DNA of 64,000 nt from the human T2T-CHM13v2.0 reference genome, Homo sapiens, in NCBI RefSeq assembly GCF_009914755.1, contig NC_060932.1; one strand, written 5' to 3'. Under the pieces are notes generated by a model. The model was given only the letters and a program-made list of their open reading frames with translations, had not been told where the DNA came from and did not search any database. Position numbers and translations under genes: made by a program. Shown in pieces: positions 1-13,345 of this stretch. Each line of letters opens with the position of its first letter. The stretch's first letter is position 1.

Positions 1-1349
1 CGAAAGGAATAACAGGTTCCAAGTAAGTCTAAAACCCAAAAGAGCAAACAACACTAAACCCTTAGACTGAGAATAATCTCCTCTGACTCCATATCTCACC
101 TCCTGAGTATGCTAATGTGGGTGTTGGGCCCCCAAGGCCTCAGGCATCTATGCCCCTGTGGCTTTGCTGAACTCATTCCACACAACAGCACTCATGGGTT
201 GGAATATTGGGCCTGCAGCTCTCCTACAGTAGGATGGCATGCAGGTGGTTCTACAGTTCTGGGTGCTGGGAGCAGCCCTGCCTTCACAGCTCCATCAAGA
301 CTAGTGGAGGTTTTCTGCCCCTGCAGCAGTTCTCTGCAGCACTTCCACCTAAACCTAGGTGGAAGTAGTCATGTCTCCACAGCTGGTGCTTCCAAACCTA
401 GGTGGAAATAGTCATGTCTCCACTCCATGTGTTTGCAGAATTAGTACCACGTGGATGACACTAAGGCTTGTACCTTCTGGAGATGTGGCTGGAGCCACAT
501 CTGGGTCTGCTTGAGCCACAGCTATGGCAGTGGAGAAGCGCTGTAGCAGAATATGCAAAGCAGACATTTGAGATGGCTCAGGAATGCAAATGCTTAGGTT
601 CAATAAGCAACCTGGGCCCCTCTCTGGAAACTTTTCTGCCCTCAAGACTCTTGTATTCTTTGCCTATAATTGGAGAGGTAGCCTCAGACATCTCTGGAAT
701 GCCATTGGAGGTCATTCTTTCATTTTCTTGATAAATAGCACTTGGCTTTCTTCTATCCATCTAACTTCTTTATCAATTGGTTGCTTGGTCACACCCTTGG
801 TTTTCTTTTCTAAACAAATAACTTTATTCTTTACATTGCCAGGCCTGGAAATTTCCAAATCTGTACATTCTGCTTCTCTTTTAATTGTAAATGCCATCTT
901 TAAATCATTTTCTCTTCTCACATTTTATTATATGCAGGTTGGAGAAGCCACACAGCAGCCAGAATGCTTTGCTGCTGACAGATGTCCTAGTTCATTGCTC
1001 TTAAATTCTGCCTTCTACAAAGACTTAAGGCGTGGACACAATTCAGCAAAGTTCTTTGCCACTTTGTAACAAAGGTGGGCTTTTCTCTAGTTTTCAATAT
1101 CTGTTTCTTATTTCTGTCTGAGACCTCATTAGACTTGCCTTTCCCATCCATTTTTCTACCAACATTTGGCAGCCCTCCTCTTCTGAGCCTTCACTGGAAT
1201 CAGCCTTAAGGCTCCTTTTATAGCACTCTAGGCTTTTCTATCCTGCTTCTCCAAATTTTTTCACCCTCTACTCATTATTCAGTTCCAAAGCCACTTCCAC
1301 ATTTTTAGGTTCTTATAATAGCAGCATCCACTTCTCTGGGACTGGATCC
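1..1349 (-). mobile_element. MaLR (MST-type) internal sequence, cut by the window start
   Basis: Decayed similarity to MST/THE1-int on the reverse strand (e.g. ccaaggcct..cccctgtggctttgc, ccagttccaaagccacttccacatttt), directly abutting an MST-type LTR. Confidence 0.7.
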
Positions 1350-1671
1350 TACCTCAGTTCATTCTGTTCTGCTATAACTGAATACTTGAGAGGCTGGGTA
1401 ATGTATAATAAACAGACATTTATTTTCTAACAGTTTTAAAGACTGGGACATGCAAGATCAAGGCACCAGTATCTGGCAAGGGCCTTCTTGCTGTGTGGGC
1501 AAAGGGGGAAGGGGACCCAACTCCCCTTTTTATAACAGTATGAATTCTACTCATGAGGTTGGAGCCCTCATGGCCATGTAACCTCTTGAAAGTTTCACCT
1601 CTTAATGCTATTATAATGTCAATTAAATTTTAACATGAGTTTTGGAGGAGAGAAACATTCAAACCATAGCA
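1350..1671 (-). mobile_element. MaLR LTR, MSTC/MSTD-like (5' LTR of the element at 1-1349)
   Basis: gctataac..ctgggtaat..caagatcaaggcaccag..aattaaattttaacatgagttttggagg..aaacattcaaaccatagca is the reverse-strand MST LTR signature. Confidence 0.75.
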
Positions 1672-2322
1672 CCTTTCCACTGTTATTTTGAATAGTATCA
1701 AAATAGATCCAACGCTAGAGCAGTGCCTCCATCCAGGGACTCCCTCCCCACCTCCTTAGAATTCCTTTCTTTCTGGGTGAAGTGGTGATGAAAGGAAAAA
1801 CAAAACAAAACAAAATATAATATTAAATGTATGTATTCAACCTAAATATTTCTTAAATACAATTAAAACTAAAGTAACTTGAGACATATTCACAGCATGT
1901 CCATGTTACTTTTAAAAGCCCTCAACCATCTCTAAAACACCAGAAATGTGAAGCTCCCAGGAACAGATCCAAATCCTGAACTCTCTAAAGCTAGTGATTT
2001 AAAATCAACTTATTTACTAATACTTATAAGGCACTGCTAAGATTATGATGGTCTAGGACACCGTGAATGTTCAATGACAATATGAAGAGAAATGCAAGTG
2101 TGTAAATTCCTAGTGGGGAGGATAGACAGTGTGATCTCTGAGTTCAGAGGAGAGAATATAGTCTCTATACAATGGACTGACCAGAAAAGACTTTATTGAA
2201 GAAATATTAGAGCCCTCAGTGCTTCTGATTCCAGAGCAAATAAGCTGCATGTGGGCTACTTTACTTCCCTGATTGCATTCAAGAAAATTTTCCAGAAGTA
2301 GTTTATTTCTGGATCATTCAGC

Positions 2323-3079
2323 TTAGGGTTAGCAAACTTCTGCTAGCCACCTGTTTTTGGATGGCCAGTAAGTTAAGAATGATTTATACAGTTTATGTTA
2401 GTCTTCTATGGCTACCATAACAAAATATCATGGACTGGGTGCTTAAACAACAGAAATTTATTTTCTCACAGTTCTGGAGTCTGGAAGTCTGAGATCAAGG
2501 TGCTTTCAGGGTTAATTTCTGATGAGGCCTCTCTTCCTGGCTTCTTGATTATCTACTTCTTGCTGTGTTCTTACTGGTCTTTTCTCTTGCACGGGCAGAG
2601 GGAGAGAGATCTCTGGGGTCTCTTTCTCTTCTTATAAGGACAACCAAGCCTATGAAATTAGGGTGTCATCCTTAAGAACTCTTGTAACTTTTACTATCGT
2701 AAGTCCTGTATCCAAATACAGTCATTTTGGGGATTAGAGCTTAAATAAAGGCATTTTGGGCAGACACAATTCAGTCCATAAAATGAACACTTAAAATAAA
2801 GTGGATGATAGGGAACACTGACTTTGAACCATAATTATGCAAAAATTTTATTTGCCTCCAAGAAAGGATTATATTCTTTTGATTGGCTGACTTGTATTTT
2901 TTAAAATTGTATTCAATTATTATTTTTATATTCTGAATTTTGTCAATACCAAGTTTGGGGAACTTGTTTGCACTTTTGTTAAACAGTACCTACATTATAG
3001 TCTTTATTTTGCCTCTTGGCCTACATAGCCTAAAATACTTAATAGCTGTTTCTTGACAGAAAATGTTTGTCCATCCTTG
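2323..3079. mobile_element. hAT-Charlie MER58-like DNA transposon, interrupted by an MLT1 LTR
   Basis: Left end agggttagcaaact..ccacctgttttt and right end gcctaaaatactt..acagaaaatgtttgtccatccttg resemble MER58 termini. Confidence 0.55.
2394..2782 (-). mobile_element. MLT1A/B-like MaLR solo LTR
   Basis: ccataacaaaatatcatggactgggtgcttaaacaacagaaatttattttctcacagttctggag..tcttcttataagga..gacacaattcagtccataa. Confidence 0.75.
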
Positions 3080-3401
3080 ATATAGCCCAAGAAAAGCTGA
3101 TGAATTACATTCTAGTTTTCAACTCTTTGTCCAAATTACAGGCATCTGCCCAGGAAAACAGTTGCTACTTCTGATCTCTAAGTTTTGCCAGAACTTTCTA
3201 TTTTACTTTAGCTCTCTTCTCACAAAGTACCATCTCTTCCCATAAGCTTATTTTATAGACTCTCTCAAACTGTTTTGACAGGCATGACATTGCTTGTTTA
3301 AAACCCAGTTCTGTTTTAAATGTTTTAGGATTATAGAGGCACTACTAAAGAAAAAAACAAAGAAAAAAAAGAAAAAGAAAAAGAAAAATCCACTGACTCA
3401 C

Positions 3402-3730
3402 TTTAGACAGGGAATTTTCTCACAGTTAGCTTGAGGGGCCCCCAGATTCCTACGTGCCATCAGCACTAGGAAAGTTTAATCCAGATCTGGGTGCCAGGCA
3501 CATGTGGAGGGACCGGGGCAGGCTGTCCTTTTTCACCACGTTCACCTACATTTTTCTAGACTATTATAGGTTTGCCGCAATAGAAGGGACGGTGCTGGCT
3601 TTTGTACACAGATTTAATGTGCTGGTTAGTGTTGTGCTCTGACAAATATTTGAAAGATATTTTCAGAAAATCCTGCAAAGCACGGGCTCCTGATTCAATA
3701 GAGTTGTATATTGTTGCCTTACCAAATATA
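3402..3730 (-). ncRNA. Candidate non-coding exon (splice signals only)
   Basis: Non-repetitive island. Minus-strand donor AAA|GTGAGT (GT at 3401-3400). Pyrimidine-rich acceptor ...tttttatcattcaag| before 3730, or an alternative ctttgcag| before 3672. Confidence 0.25.
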
Positions 3731-3769
3731 CTTGAATGATAAAAACAGCAAAACAAAAATAGTAACTAA

Positions 3770-3955
3770 AATTTACCGAGCATATACCACATGGCAGAAA
3801 TTGTCTTAACAGCATATTTATGATGTAGGTATATGATCCTCACTGGACCAATAAGAAATATCTTAGCAAATATATATAACTTGTCTAAGGTCACACACAG
3901 TTATCAATTAGGAAAACTGTCTCAAACTGAGGGCTGTTTTACCCCACTACACTCT
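3770..3955 (-). mobile_element. MIR SINE fragment
   Basis: taacttgtctaaggtcacacacagtta is the MIR core-like motif. Confidence 0.45.
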
Positions 3956-4089
3956 ACTTGATTGCTTCTCTGTGCATGTTTCCTATGGAAGCTGAGCAAG
4001 AATTAGAGAAATAGTCTTATTTTTCTTTCTATGCAGTAATATGACTGTGCTTTGGCATCAATGGTACAAATTAAAATTACCATATATAA

Positions 4090-4490
<401 letters not shown>

Positions 4491-4949
4491 TCAAACTATA
4501 TTTCAACATATTGGAGGAAGCACTCATGTTGCCTTTGTACCTGACCCCATCAATTTCTCACATGGCAAAAATATCAACCAGCTGTCTGGTCAGGATGAGT
4601 TCAGGTGTCTGTCAGACCCACCACTTAACAAGCAATATGCTAAAATATTATTGGCTGTGGTTTGTGGTGCATTTTCTCTCAGAAATCCATTGTTTCTCCT
4701 TTAAATTTAACGTTTCATTAGCCTTCTTTGTATATTCCTGAATATCAGTAATGGAAACGTCCAATTACTTTCTGACCAGAAAACATCCCACATCACATGT
4801 AAATCAGTTACAAAATAATACATGAAGGGAGAAGTTTGCCTCCCTCTTTTCACCTGCAGCATAATTCTGGCTCAGGCCTATCCAACACAGCCTGTTACAT
4901 TAGTATAAAGGTATATCTCTATCCATATCTATCTATATGCATATTATCT

Positions 4950-5237
4950 GAGTGACACAGGGTCTCACTCTGTCATCTGGGCTGGAGTGCACTGGCACGT
5001 TCATAGCTCACTGTAATTTCAAACCATCGGGCTCATACCATCCTCTTGCTTTGGCCTCTCAAGTAGCTGGGAATACATGTGTACTCCACTATGCCTGGCT
5101 AATTTTTTTTTTTTTTTTTTTTTGAGAGAAGTCTTAGTGTGTTGCACCAGCTGGTCTTGAACTCCTGGCCTCAAGTGATCTTATCTCCTCAGCCTCCCAA
5201 ATTACTGAGATTACAGATATCACCACCATGCCTGGCC
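4950..5237 (-). mobile_element. AluJ
   Basis: Diverged dimeric Alu with J-type catagctcactg and gaactcctggcctcaagtgatc. Confidence 0.85.
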
Positions 5238-5599
5238 TAGACCGATATTTTAATGTATGTCTAAACTATTATTGTGGACCCTAAAAAGGAAATTTAAGAG
5301 ACAAGTAATAATTAGTAGCACTGATTAAGTGTAATTATTCATTCTAATTATTGGGGTTATAGAAATGCTCATTGTTATTTAAGTCTTTCTTGCTTAGAAA
5401 CAAGTGAATATACTGCTGTTTAAGGCTGATAAATTGACCACATGCATTGTTCTATTCTTTTCCAAAATGTCGCTACAATGATAATAGAAGTATTTTTAAA
5501 GGCATTAACTCAAAAGAATAAATGTATGAGAAATGTAGAAGCTTGAAAACGCCAAATTGGCAACTACTTAGCAGACTCAAATAAACTGCCAGATAGGGG

Positions 5600-6560
5600 C
5601 ACATAATCAAAGATCAGCAAACACTTAAGAAAAATCTCTTATAAGAGATGAAAATAACAACAACAACAAACTAGAAAGAAACAGAAAACATGCCTCAAAA
5701 CAAGCATCAAAAACTAACTTTAAAAAAAATACCTGACAACATGCTCAGAGATATCAGAGGGAAAAAATGTAATGCATCTATAACAAAGGCCAAAAATGTT
5801 ATTTAAATTTTAAAAAAGAACATATAGGGGAAACATGGCTCTTAACACAAAAGCAAACAAGGGAGAAAAAGCAGTGTTGAGAAACTTTCAAATAAAATCA
5901 AATAAATTGAAAAATGGGTAAAAATAGAAAATATAAGGACATTAAATAATCTAGAAGTTTTAACATCTAAGTGACTGAAGTCACATACAGAAATAATATG
6001 GAAAATTGAGGTAGGAAATTATCAAAACATTTAAGAAATATTTTTGGTACTGAAACAAATTTCCAAAAAGTAAGGGCTTACTATCTAACAAGAAAAATAG
6101 ATAAGAACCTACAACTGGGACAAATTAATGTGAAAACCCAGTCGGTTGCACACAAGGAAAAAATCCTGTATTTTTCAGAAGAGAGAAAAAACCTTTTATA
6201 CAAAGGACCAAGTATCAGAATGGTATTTGGTTTCTCACCAGCAACACTGAAAACTAGAAAACAATTTTCTTTCAAAAATATAAGCGATGTTCAACCAGAC
6301 TTGTATACTGAGCAAAACTATTAGTCTAGTGTAAGAATATAGTAAATACATTTTTAGGCAGGAACTAGCATGCCCATTTACCTCATGTATATATTTTTTT
6401 TTGAGAAGAAAATTCCATTGAAATGAGGGAGTAGACCAAAAAAGAGGAAGACATGAGATCTAAAAATAGGAATACAATCAAAGTGAGAGATGAGTAACCA
6501 GTTTTGAGTAGCTTACTAAGCCAGAAAAAAAAAAAAAAAGAAAAGCACAGAAAAGGACAA
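5600..6560 (+). mobile_element. Old L1M fragment (ORF1 region)
   Basis: ORF 6130-6324 (LYKGPSIRMVFGFSPATLKTRKQ..QP) resembles the L1 ORF1p C-terminal domain (TYKGKPIRLTADFSAETLQARR); A-rich strand. Confidence 0.55.
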
Positions 6561-6586
6561 ATAATTATCATTTATAGCTTAGCTGT

Positions 6587-6987
6587 TTTCATGCACGTCC
6601 GTGTGAAGAGACCACCAAACAGGCTTTGTGTGAGCAATAAAGCTTTTAATCACCTGAGTGCAGGCAGGCTGAGTCCGAAAAGAGAGTCAGCGAAGGGAGA
6701 TGGGGTGGGGCCGTTTTATAGGATTTGGGTAGGTAAAGGAAAAAGGGGGGCTGTTCGCTGGCGGGCAGGAGTTGGGGTCACAAGGTACTCAGTGGGGGAG
6801 CTTTTGAGCCAGGATGAGCCAGGAGAAGGAATTTCACAAGACAATCTCGTCGGTTAAGGCAGGAACAGGCCATTTTCACTTCTTTTGTGGTGAAATGTCA
6901 TCAGTTAAGGCAGGAACCGGCCATCTGGATGTGTGCGTGCAGGTCACAGGGGATATGATGACTTAGCTTGGGCCCAGAGGCCTGACA
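6587..6987 (-). mobile_element. Solo LTR7 (HERV-H LTR)
   Basis: Reverse strand reads TGTCAGGCCTCTGGGCCCAAGCTAAG..CCTTAACTGATGAC..CCTATAAAACGGCCCC..CTCTTCACACGGACGTGCATGAAA. 5-bp TSD gctgt (6582-6586) / gctat (6988-6992). Confidence 0.95.
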
Positions 6988-8249
6988 GCTATGAAGTACA
7001 TTTTGTGGCCATAATAATGTGAGCACTAGATATTAATTTAACCAAAATTATGATACAACTCTATTGGGATGGTATTAGGAGACACATAGTACTGTTTAAA
7101 TAAGAGTCATATTTTCATAATTTTCCTTGTGTGGATTTCCTGAGGAAAAAGGTAGAAGGAGGAAGCAAGAAAACTTGAAAGGAAAGCTCAAGATAAACCA
7201 TACGTGCATACTAAAGAGCCATAAGTGGTATTATTGAAAATTTTGAGAGAAAGGTATTAGCAGGGGGAATAATCATAAAATACGATGCTTTCTTATAATT
7301 TTTGCATTGTTCTTTTACTTGTTATATATATCAATGTGGTATCAAGAATAGAACCAAATCTGCTCTAGGAAAGCCAGCTGACTTGTGAGGTAAGAAAACT
7401 TTCCTAAGTTATCAAACATTAAAATTGGCTTCTTTTGCGAAAGTTAACTTTGGATAAGAAAATATTTAAGAAAAAAATCCATTTCTCTATTTCCACTCAA
7501 GTTAGAAGGCTTTTTATAACTCTAGAAGTTTATTTAGGATAGAAATTGAAGAGCCTGTTCTCAATCAGAGCATCTGTTTGGGTCTAGTGAGTTTTAAATG
7601 ACATGTCTCCCATGCCATGCAGCCTGGGACAGGTATTCAAATACAACATAAGGATATATTACCCATATGGTGCAGCCAGGACAGGTATTGACATACAATG
7701 TATGTAGTTTAAATATGTCTGGTGAATTTTGTGTGTGAAACCTGTTACATCTTACTGATTAATTCAATGCTTCAAAAAGTTGTGTAAAATAAGAGAGAAT
7801 ATTTTTAAAGCACTTCTTGATGGACAATGACATTTTAAAGAACTTTCTCAACAGAGAAATAAAGAATGGAAAACATCAGAAATGCAGATGAGTGGAATAG
7901 AAATGTAATAGTAAAAACAGCCAAAAGCACTGTTAGAGAAGATTAGCCAAACTTTGCTTGTGAAACTGTGCCTCTGACGAAGTAAATGCAGCAGGCTGAT
8001 CCAGGAAACTCTTAGAGCATACTTTAAACAGTCTAGTATACACTTTGGAAATGTGAAAAACTTTGTCACATTCAAAACAAAATTTGTCTGAGAGATTCTG
8101 GAATTTCTGATTTAAATTCCTGGCACTGGAGGAAAAATTGCTCCTGGAGATTGATACGTATTGTGATTTTGAATTAAATTCTGGACATCACTTAAGTGTA
8201 TATTTTGTCATGAGGAGAAAAAAATAGAAAAAATGAGGGCAAGAGAATC

Positions 8250-8630
8250 TGAGAAAGAAGGAAGGGAGGAAGGATGGAAGGAAGGAAGGAAGGAGGGAAG
8301 GAGGGAAGGAGAGAGGGAAGGAGGGAAGGAGGGAAGGAGAGAGGGAAGGAAGGAAGGAGGGAAGGAGGGAGGGAGGGAAGGAAGGAGGGAGAGAGGAAAG
8401 GAAGGAAGGAGAGAGGGAGGGAAGGAAGGAAGGAGGGAGGGAGGGAGGGAAGGAAGGAAGGAAGGAAGGATGGAGGGAAGGAGGGAGGGAAGGAGAGAAG
8501 GGGGAAGGAGGGAAGGAGGGAAGGAAGGAAAGGTAGTTGGAAAGAAGGAAGGAAGGAAGGAGGGAGGGAGGGAAGGAAGGAAAGAAGGAAATGAGAAAGG
8601 AATGAAAAAAGAAAAGAGAAAGGACAAGGG
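8250..8630 (+). repeat. Polypurine (GGAA/GGGA)n microsatellite tract
   Basis: About 380 bp almost purely G/A; up to 5 consecutive GGAA units (8448-8467). Confidence 0.95.
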
Positions 8631-11500
8631 ATGATAGTGAAGCCTCAGATTAGCCTAAAGAACCAGAAACATCTGACATCCTAGACTATTCCCAAGCACC
8701 CATGCTGTGCCCCTCTTGCCTGACAAAGGAATTTCAATACAACTGTGTAATGGAAATGTTGCCTGGTATCAGGGAATACATTCCAGAGAAGATTAGCCTG
8801 GCCTTCCCATTTCAGTCTTTTGTTTATAATTTAGATACAGAGGCCAAAGCAAATGCCATGAAGCAAAACCCTAGAGGGAAAGGCAGTCTTGTTGCTAAGA
8901 GGGAAAGTGAATATTGAACTTAGATTTTAAAATAATGGTCTGCCACATTCCTGGTGTTGGTTACTAATTGATTCCCCAGACAAAATTGAGAGAGTGTCAA
9001 CTATGATTTTAAAGGGCTACTGTTGGCTATTATTGTTCCTGATTTCAAAAGGGGTAGAGGAAGAAAGCCATATTTGTTCAAGTACTGAAGCAATTTCCAG
9101 GCTTTCCGTGCAAACCAGATTTGGGCTGCTCATTTTGTACAAGTCACAGTTGCAAAGACCTTATGTGAAGATGAGCTTTTATAATGGGCAGGACCTGCAA
9201 CAAGCAGAATTGTTGCCAGAGAGGTCAGTCAATTCTGAGAAATGAATCCGTATTAGGCCTGTCCAGTGGGATGTGTTATATGTTAGGAAATGTTGACACT
9301 GCATATGGCTCTCCTCTTCATTTTTTCTAAAATAAGGATAATTTTTCCTTTAATTTAATCTTTAACATCGTTTTTATTTCAGGCATTCAGTGTAATTAAG
9401 AGTGATTACCATAGCCTTTTTATAAAACCGGTTTGTAGAGTTACAGCCATGTGTAGTAGCTGAAAGAAATAAAAATTAATAAATCCTGAGCTTGGAGCTA
9501 TTAGGAAAAGCTAGGTGCAAATTTCAGTTGCTAGACTTTTTCCTCATAAATAAAGTCTGGATTTTGTACAATGCAGCAATCTGTCTAGGTAGAAAAATAC
9601 TTTTTCAGGCTTTCTTTGTAGGTTTTATGACCCATGTGCTACAATTTGAGCCAATGAAATATAAGCTGAAATTTGATAGCTATTTCTATGAAAATTTTGC
9701 ATTTCTGATATTGGCTTTACTCTCCCACTTTTTACTTTTCTTCTTCTTCTTAATAGCATTGTGTTTGTAAGGATAGAGATGTAAAAGCCAGTTTACTCAT
9801 TAAAGAAATTCCATACAAACACATTTGTTTGTTAAAGATGGTAACGGGAAATATATAGGAACCTATGACACTGATGACACCATGAAGATACTCTATTAAC
9901 ACTAAGTTGTCTAACTCTGGATTCTTTATTGTAGAAAAGAAAACCCCACCATTATTTGGATAAAGCACTGTTAATAGATTTTGTTAATGCAGAGATCTTT
10001 TTGGAATTGTGAAAAGAGAAAAAAAGGAGGCAGGTTACAGTATATCCTACCTATAGTATAGGGGCTGTACTATAGCTATGTACCTACCATACCTTAGTAT
10101 AGTATGTGGATTGTGTTCTGGAAAGCCAAAAATTGACTATAGAGAACAATTACCATTTATATATCTCAGGCTTCTCTCTTTTTGTTTGAAAAAATAGCCT
10201 CTTTTTAACTGTATTTGTTTAATATAACTAGACTGGCTGTTCAAAACCCTGAATTAGATAGAATTTCAAGCAGGAAAGGAAGAAAACATCAATTTTTACT
10301 CATCACAGCTAGTGTCTTCATTATAATTCATAGAAAATACAATTATTCTCAGCTATATTTGAGTTCTCTAATGAATTTAAATGTTAACTAGTTGGCTATA
10401 CTTTCAATCACAAAACATTTTTAAATAATGGTTATACTTTACACATTTCTGTCGAAGGGTTAAAAAAATGAGTTAATGAAAAGGTATGTAATGCTAAAAT
10501 TATAAATTATAAATGCTAGAAATTAGAAATTGGTCTGTGTTTTGAAACAGTCAGAAATAAAACTTTATGCCACTAGCTTATAGAGTCAAAATTTTTTGGA
10601 CTGTACATGAAATATATCTAACTTGACCTAACTTACAGCCATAAGAAGAGCATAGAGAAATCGTTTGTGGACCCATACACAGCCATAATTCTCAATGTCT
10701 CTTATTCTTGGTTCTGCCACTAGGTCAAATTCAATATCCTCTCTGCAGAGAATTATAAAAGTCCCAAGTTCAAATTCTTAAACTTCTCACAAGTGAGGTT
10801 TGTGCCCAAGAACATTTCTCTTTTGAATAAAAGTTGAAGATAATTCTTAAAAATTATTTTACTTTTCTATTGTTGTTGTTAAAAAGTAGTGTCTTTTGAT
10901 ATCAGCAACAACAACAAAATACCTTTAAAAGTAAAACACCTTTGCACTCCTAGTGTTGGTTAGAATAATTTTGCTTGTAATATGATGTAAATAACATTAA
11001 AACTAGCTATGCATTAGTTGATTAACAAGTTTTGCACAATCGTACAATTAAAGTCTATAACTACAGAATTTATAACATTCAAAATAATTATGTTTGCATG
11101 TAAAAAATATGTTCTTTAATGAAACTATCTGTCAAGAATTGAAATATAATGAAATATAGGTTCTTTTATTTTCTCTATGAGTATACTGTACCTGTACCAT
11201 GACTGACTCAGTTCTCTCACCATTGTTGTCTATCTGAAACATAAAAACTCTATTTATATAATGCATAAAATTATTTTTATTTAATTTAACCAAAAATTCT
11301 AATCTACATATTGTGCTCATCTCAATATGCTCATCTTTCTTGTCATTAGCCTAGTAATACACAATGCAAAATGGTGACATTCTCATAAGGTTAAAAATAT
11401 ATTAAGAAATTAGTTTGTTCATTAAAATTATAATCAATTATGAATTATACCTGAAAAAGTGTTCTTTCTTTATAATTGTAAAGAAAGCTTACAAAGGTGC

Positions 11501-11740
11501 TGTCTTAGTCCATTTGTGTTGCTGCAAAGGAAGACCTGAGGCTGAGTAGTTTATAAAAAGAGGTTTATTTGGCTCATGGTTGTGCAGGCTGTATAAAAAG
11601 CATGGCACCAGCATCTGCATCTGGTGAAGGCCTCAAGCTGCTTCCACTCATGGCAGAAGGTAAATGGGAGCCACCACATGGTGAAAGCAGAAAGGGTTGG
11701 CCGGGTGGGGGGGCGGTGCGGGGTGGGGTGGGGGGCGCGC

Positions 11741-11778
<38 letters not shown>

Positions 11779-11964
11779 GCCAAGCTCTTTAACGAGTAGC
11801 TCTTTTGGGAACTAATAGAGTGAGAGCTTACTTATTATCATGAGGACAGCATCCAGCTATTCATGAGAGATATGCCCCCATGACCCAGACTCTTTCCAAC
11901 AGATCCTACATCCAACATTCGGGATCAAACTTCAGCATCATACTTGGCAGGGCCAAATATAGCA
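11501..11964 (-). mobile_element. MSTB-type MaLR solo LTR with internal G-runs and (GA)n
   Basis: tgtcttagtccatttgtgttgct..gcatggcaccagcatctgc..cttccactcatggcagaagg..atagca. Confidence 0.85.
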
Positions 11965-12169
11965 GATGGAAACACAGTTTTGGAGTAATTATTGTTATTT
12001 TGACTTCAGAACAATCTAAGGAAATTAAATATGAAAAATTTGGGGGATGATTATTCTGCACGTGTATTACAAACATAAATGAAAAGTGAGCAACAAAATC
12101 GTATGGGTCATAAGATGAGAGTGAATATCTTAAGTATGGTAAATACTGCAATGTGAGAGCATGCAAACT

Positions 12170-12620
12170 CCATTTCTGGCTATGGTGAGGTAATTGATGC
12201 TGGAATTAGCTATAAATATGTACAAATTTGAAAAAATACAGAATAAAACTGTTCTTAGACAAAGTACCAAAAGACAAACAAACAAACAAACCTAAACAAA
12301 CAACAAAGCAGCACAAGAACATCTCTGATAGAAAGAAGCAACCAAAGCAAGCCCTATAATTTACCCAAACTTCTGACTAGAAGAACTTTCCATGTTGCAG
12401 CACATGAAGGAAGACCATCAAAAAATGGCAGTTTTATGACTCGGGGAAACAAAAGAACAAATCGGGGGAACTTATTGCCTGATTCCATGACTTACTATAA
12501 AGCTGCCGCAATCAGCTGTATGATAGTGGTGCAAGGATACATCAACAGATCATCGGAACCAAACACAGAGTTCAGAAATAGATCAAAACACATGGCTTCA
12601 ATTAATTTTTAAAGAAGAAC
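12170..12620 (+). mobile_element. Old L1M fragments (includes an ORF2 3' part)
   Basis: cctgattccatgacttactataaagct..cagagttcagaaatagatc matches the ORF2 LPDFKTYYKA region. Confidence 0.5.
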
Positions 12621-13345
12621 ACTTCCATTAGCTATAGAATTTTTTAATCAACATTTATTTTATTTCAGCACTTTAAAGATCTCATTCCACTGTCTTCTGG
12701 GCTTAATGATCTCTGATGAGAAGTGTGCTAGTATTTAATGTATTGTTCCTCTCTGTGTAATAAGTGTGTCTTTTTTCTCTGACTGCTGTCAAGATCTTCA
12801 GCAGGTTGAAAATGATGTCGCTTGGCACAGTTCTCTTTGATTTTATTGTTTTTGGTTTACTAAACTTCTTGAGTTTGTAAATGTGTGTCTTTCATTATAG
12901 TGTTTAAGCTTTCAGATATTTTTTCAGAAATTTTTTTCTGCTCATCCTCTTCTTTTCTTTTCTTCTGGGACTTCAATTACTTACATGATTCACTTTTCAA
13001 AAAACATCCACAGGTCTCCAAGGATATACTTATTTATTTTATTGATCTCTTCTCTCTTCTTCAAATTGCCATATTTTCATACATTTTTCTCTGCATTACC
13101 ATTTTTTCTATTGAGAATATCAGGTGAATTTATTTTTAGATATTGTGTTTTAATTCTAAAATTTATATTTGCTTATTTTTATAGTTTACATGACTGCTGA
13201 GATTACCTGTTTTCATTCATAGTGAGCATGTTTGCATTTACCTCACTAGGCAAAATTAAAATAGCTATTTTGAAGTCTTTGTCTTATAATTTTAGCATTT
13301 CTGTTAACTTGGGGTTGGCATCTGTTGATTATCTTTTCCCTATGC
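12620..13345 (-). mobile_element. Old L1M fragment (ORF1 region, reverse)
   Basis: ttcagcactttaaagatctcattccactgtcttctgg..ctctgatgagaag is the reverse L1M ORF1 signature. Confidence 0.6.

Noticed and set aside
3520-3546. Minus-strand peptide GERGEKGQP resembling collagen Gly-X-Y
   Set aside because: Only three triplets, no polypyrimidine tract before the preceding AG, and the frame loses periodicity and stops shortly after.
8208-8634. 100-139 aa ORFs on both strands
   Set aside because: Translations of the GGAA/GGGA microsatellite.
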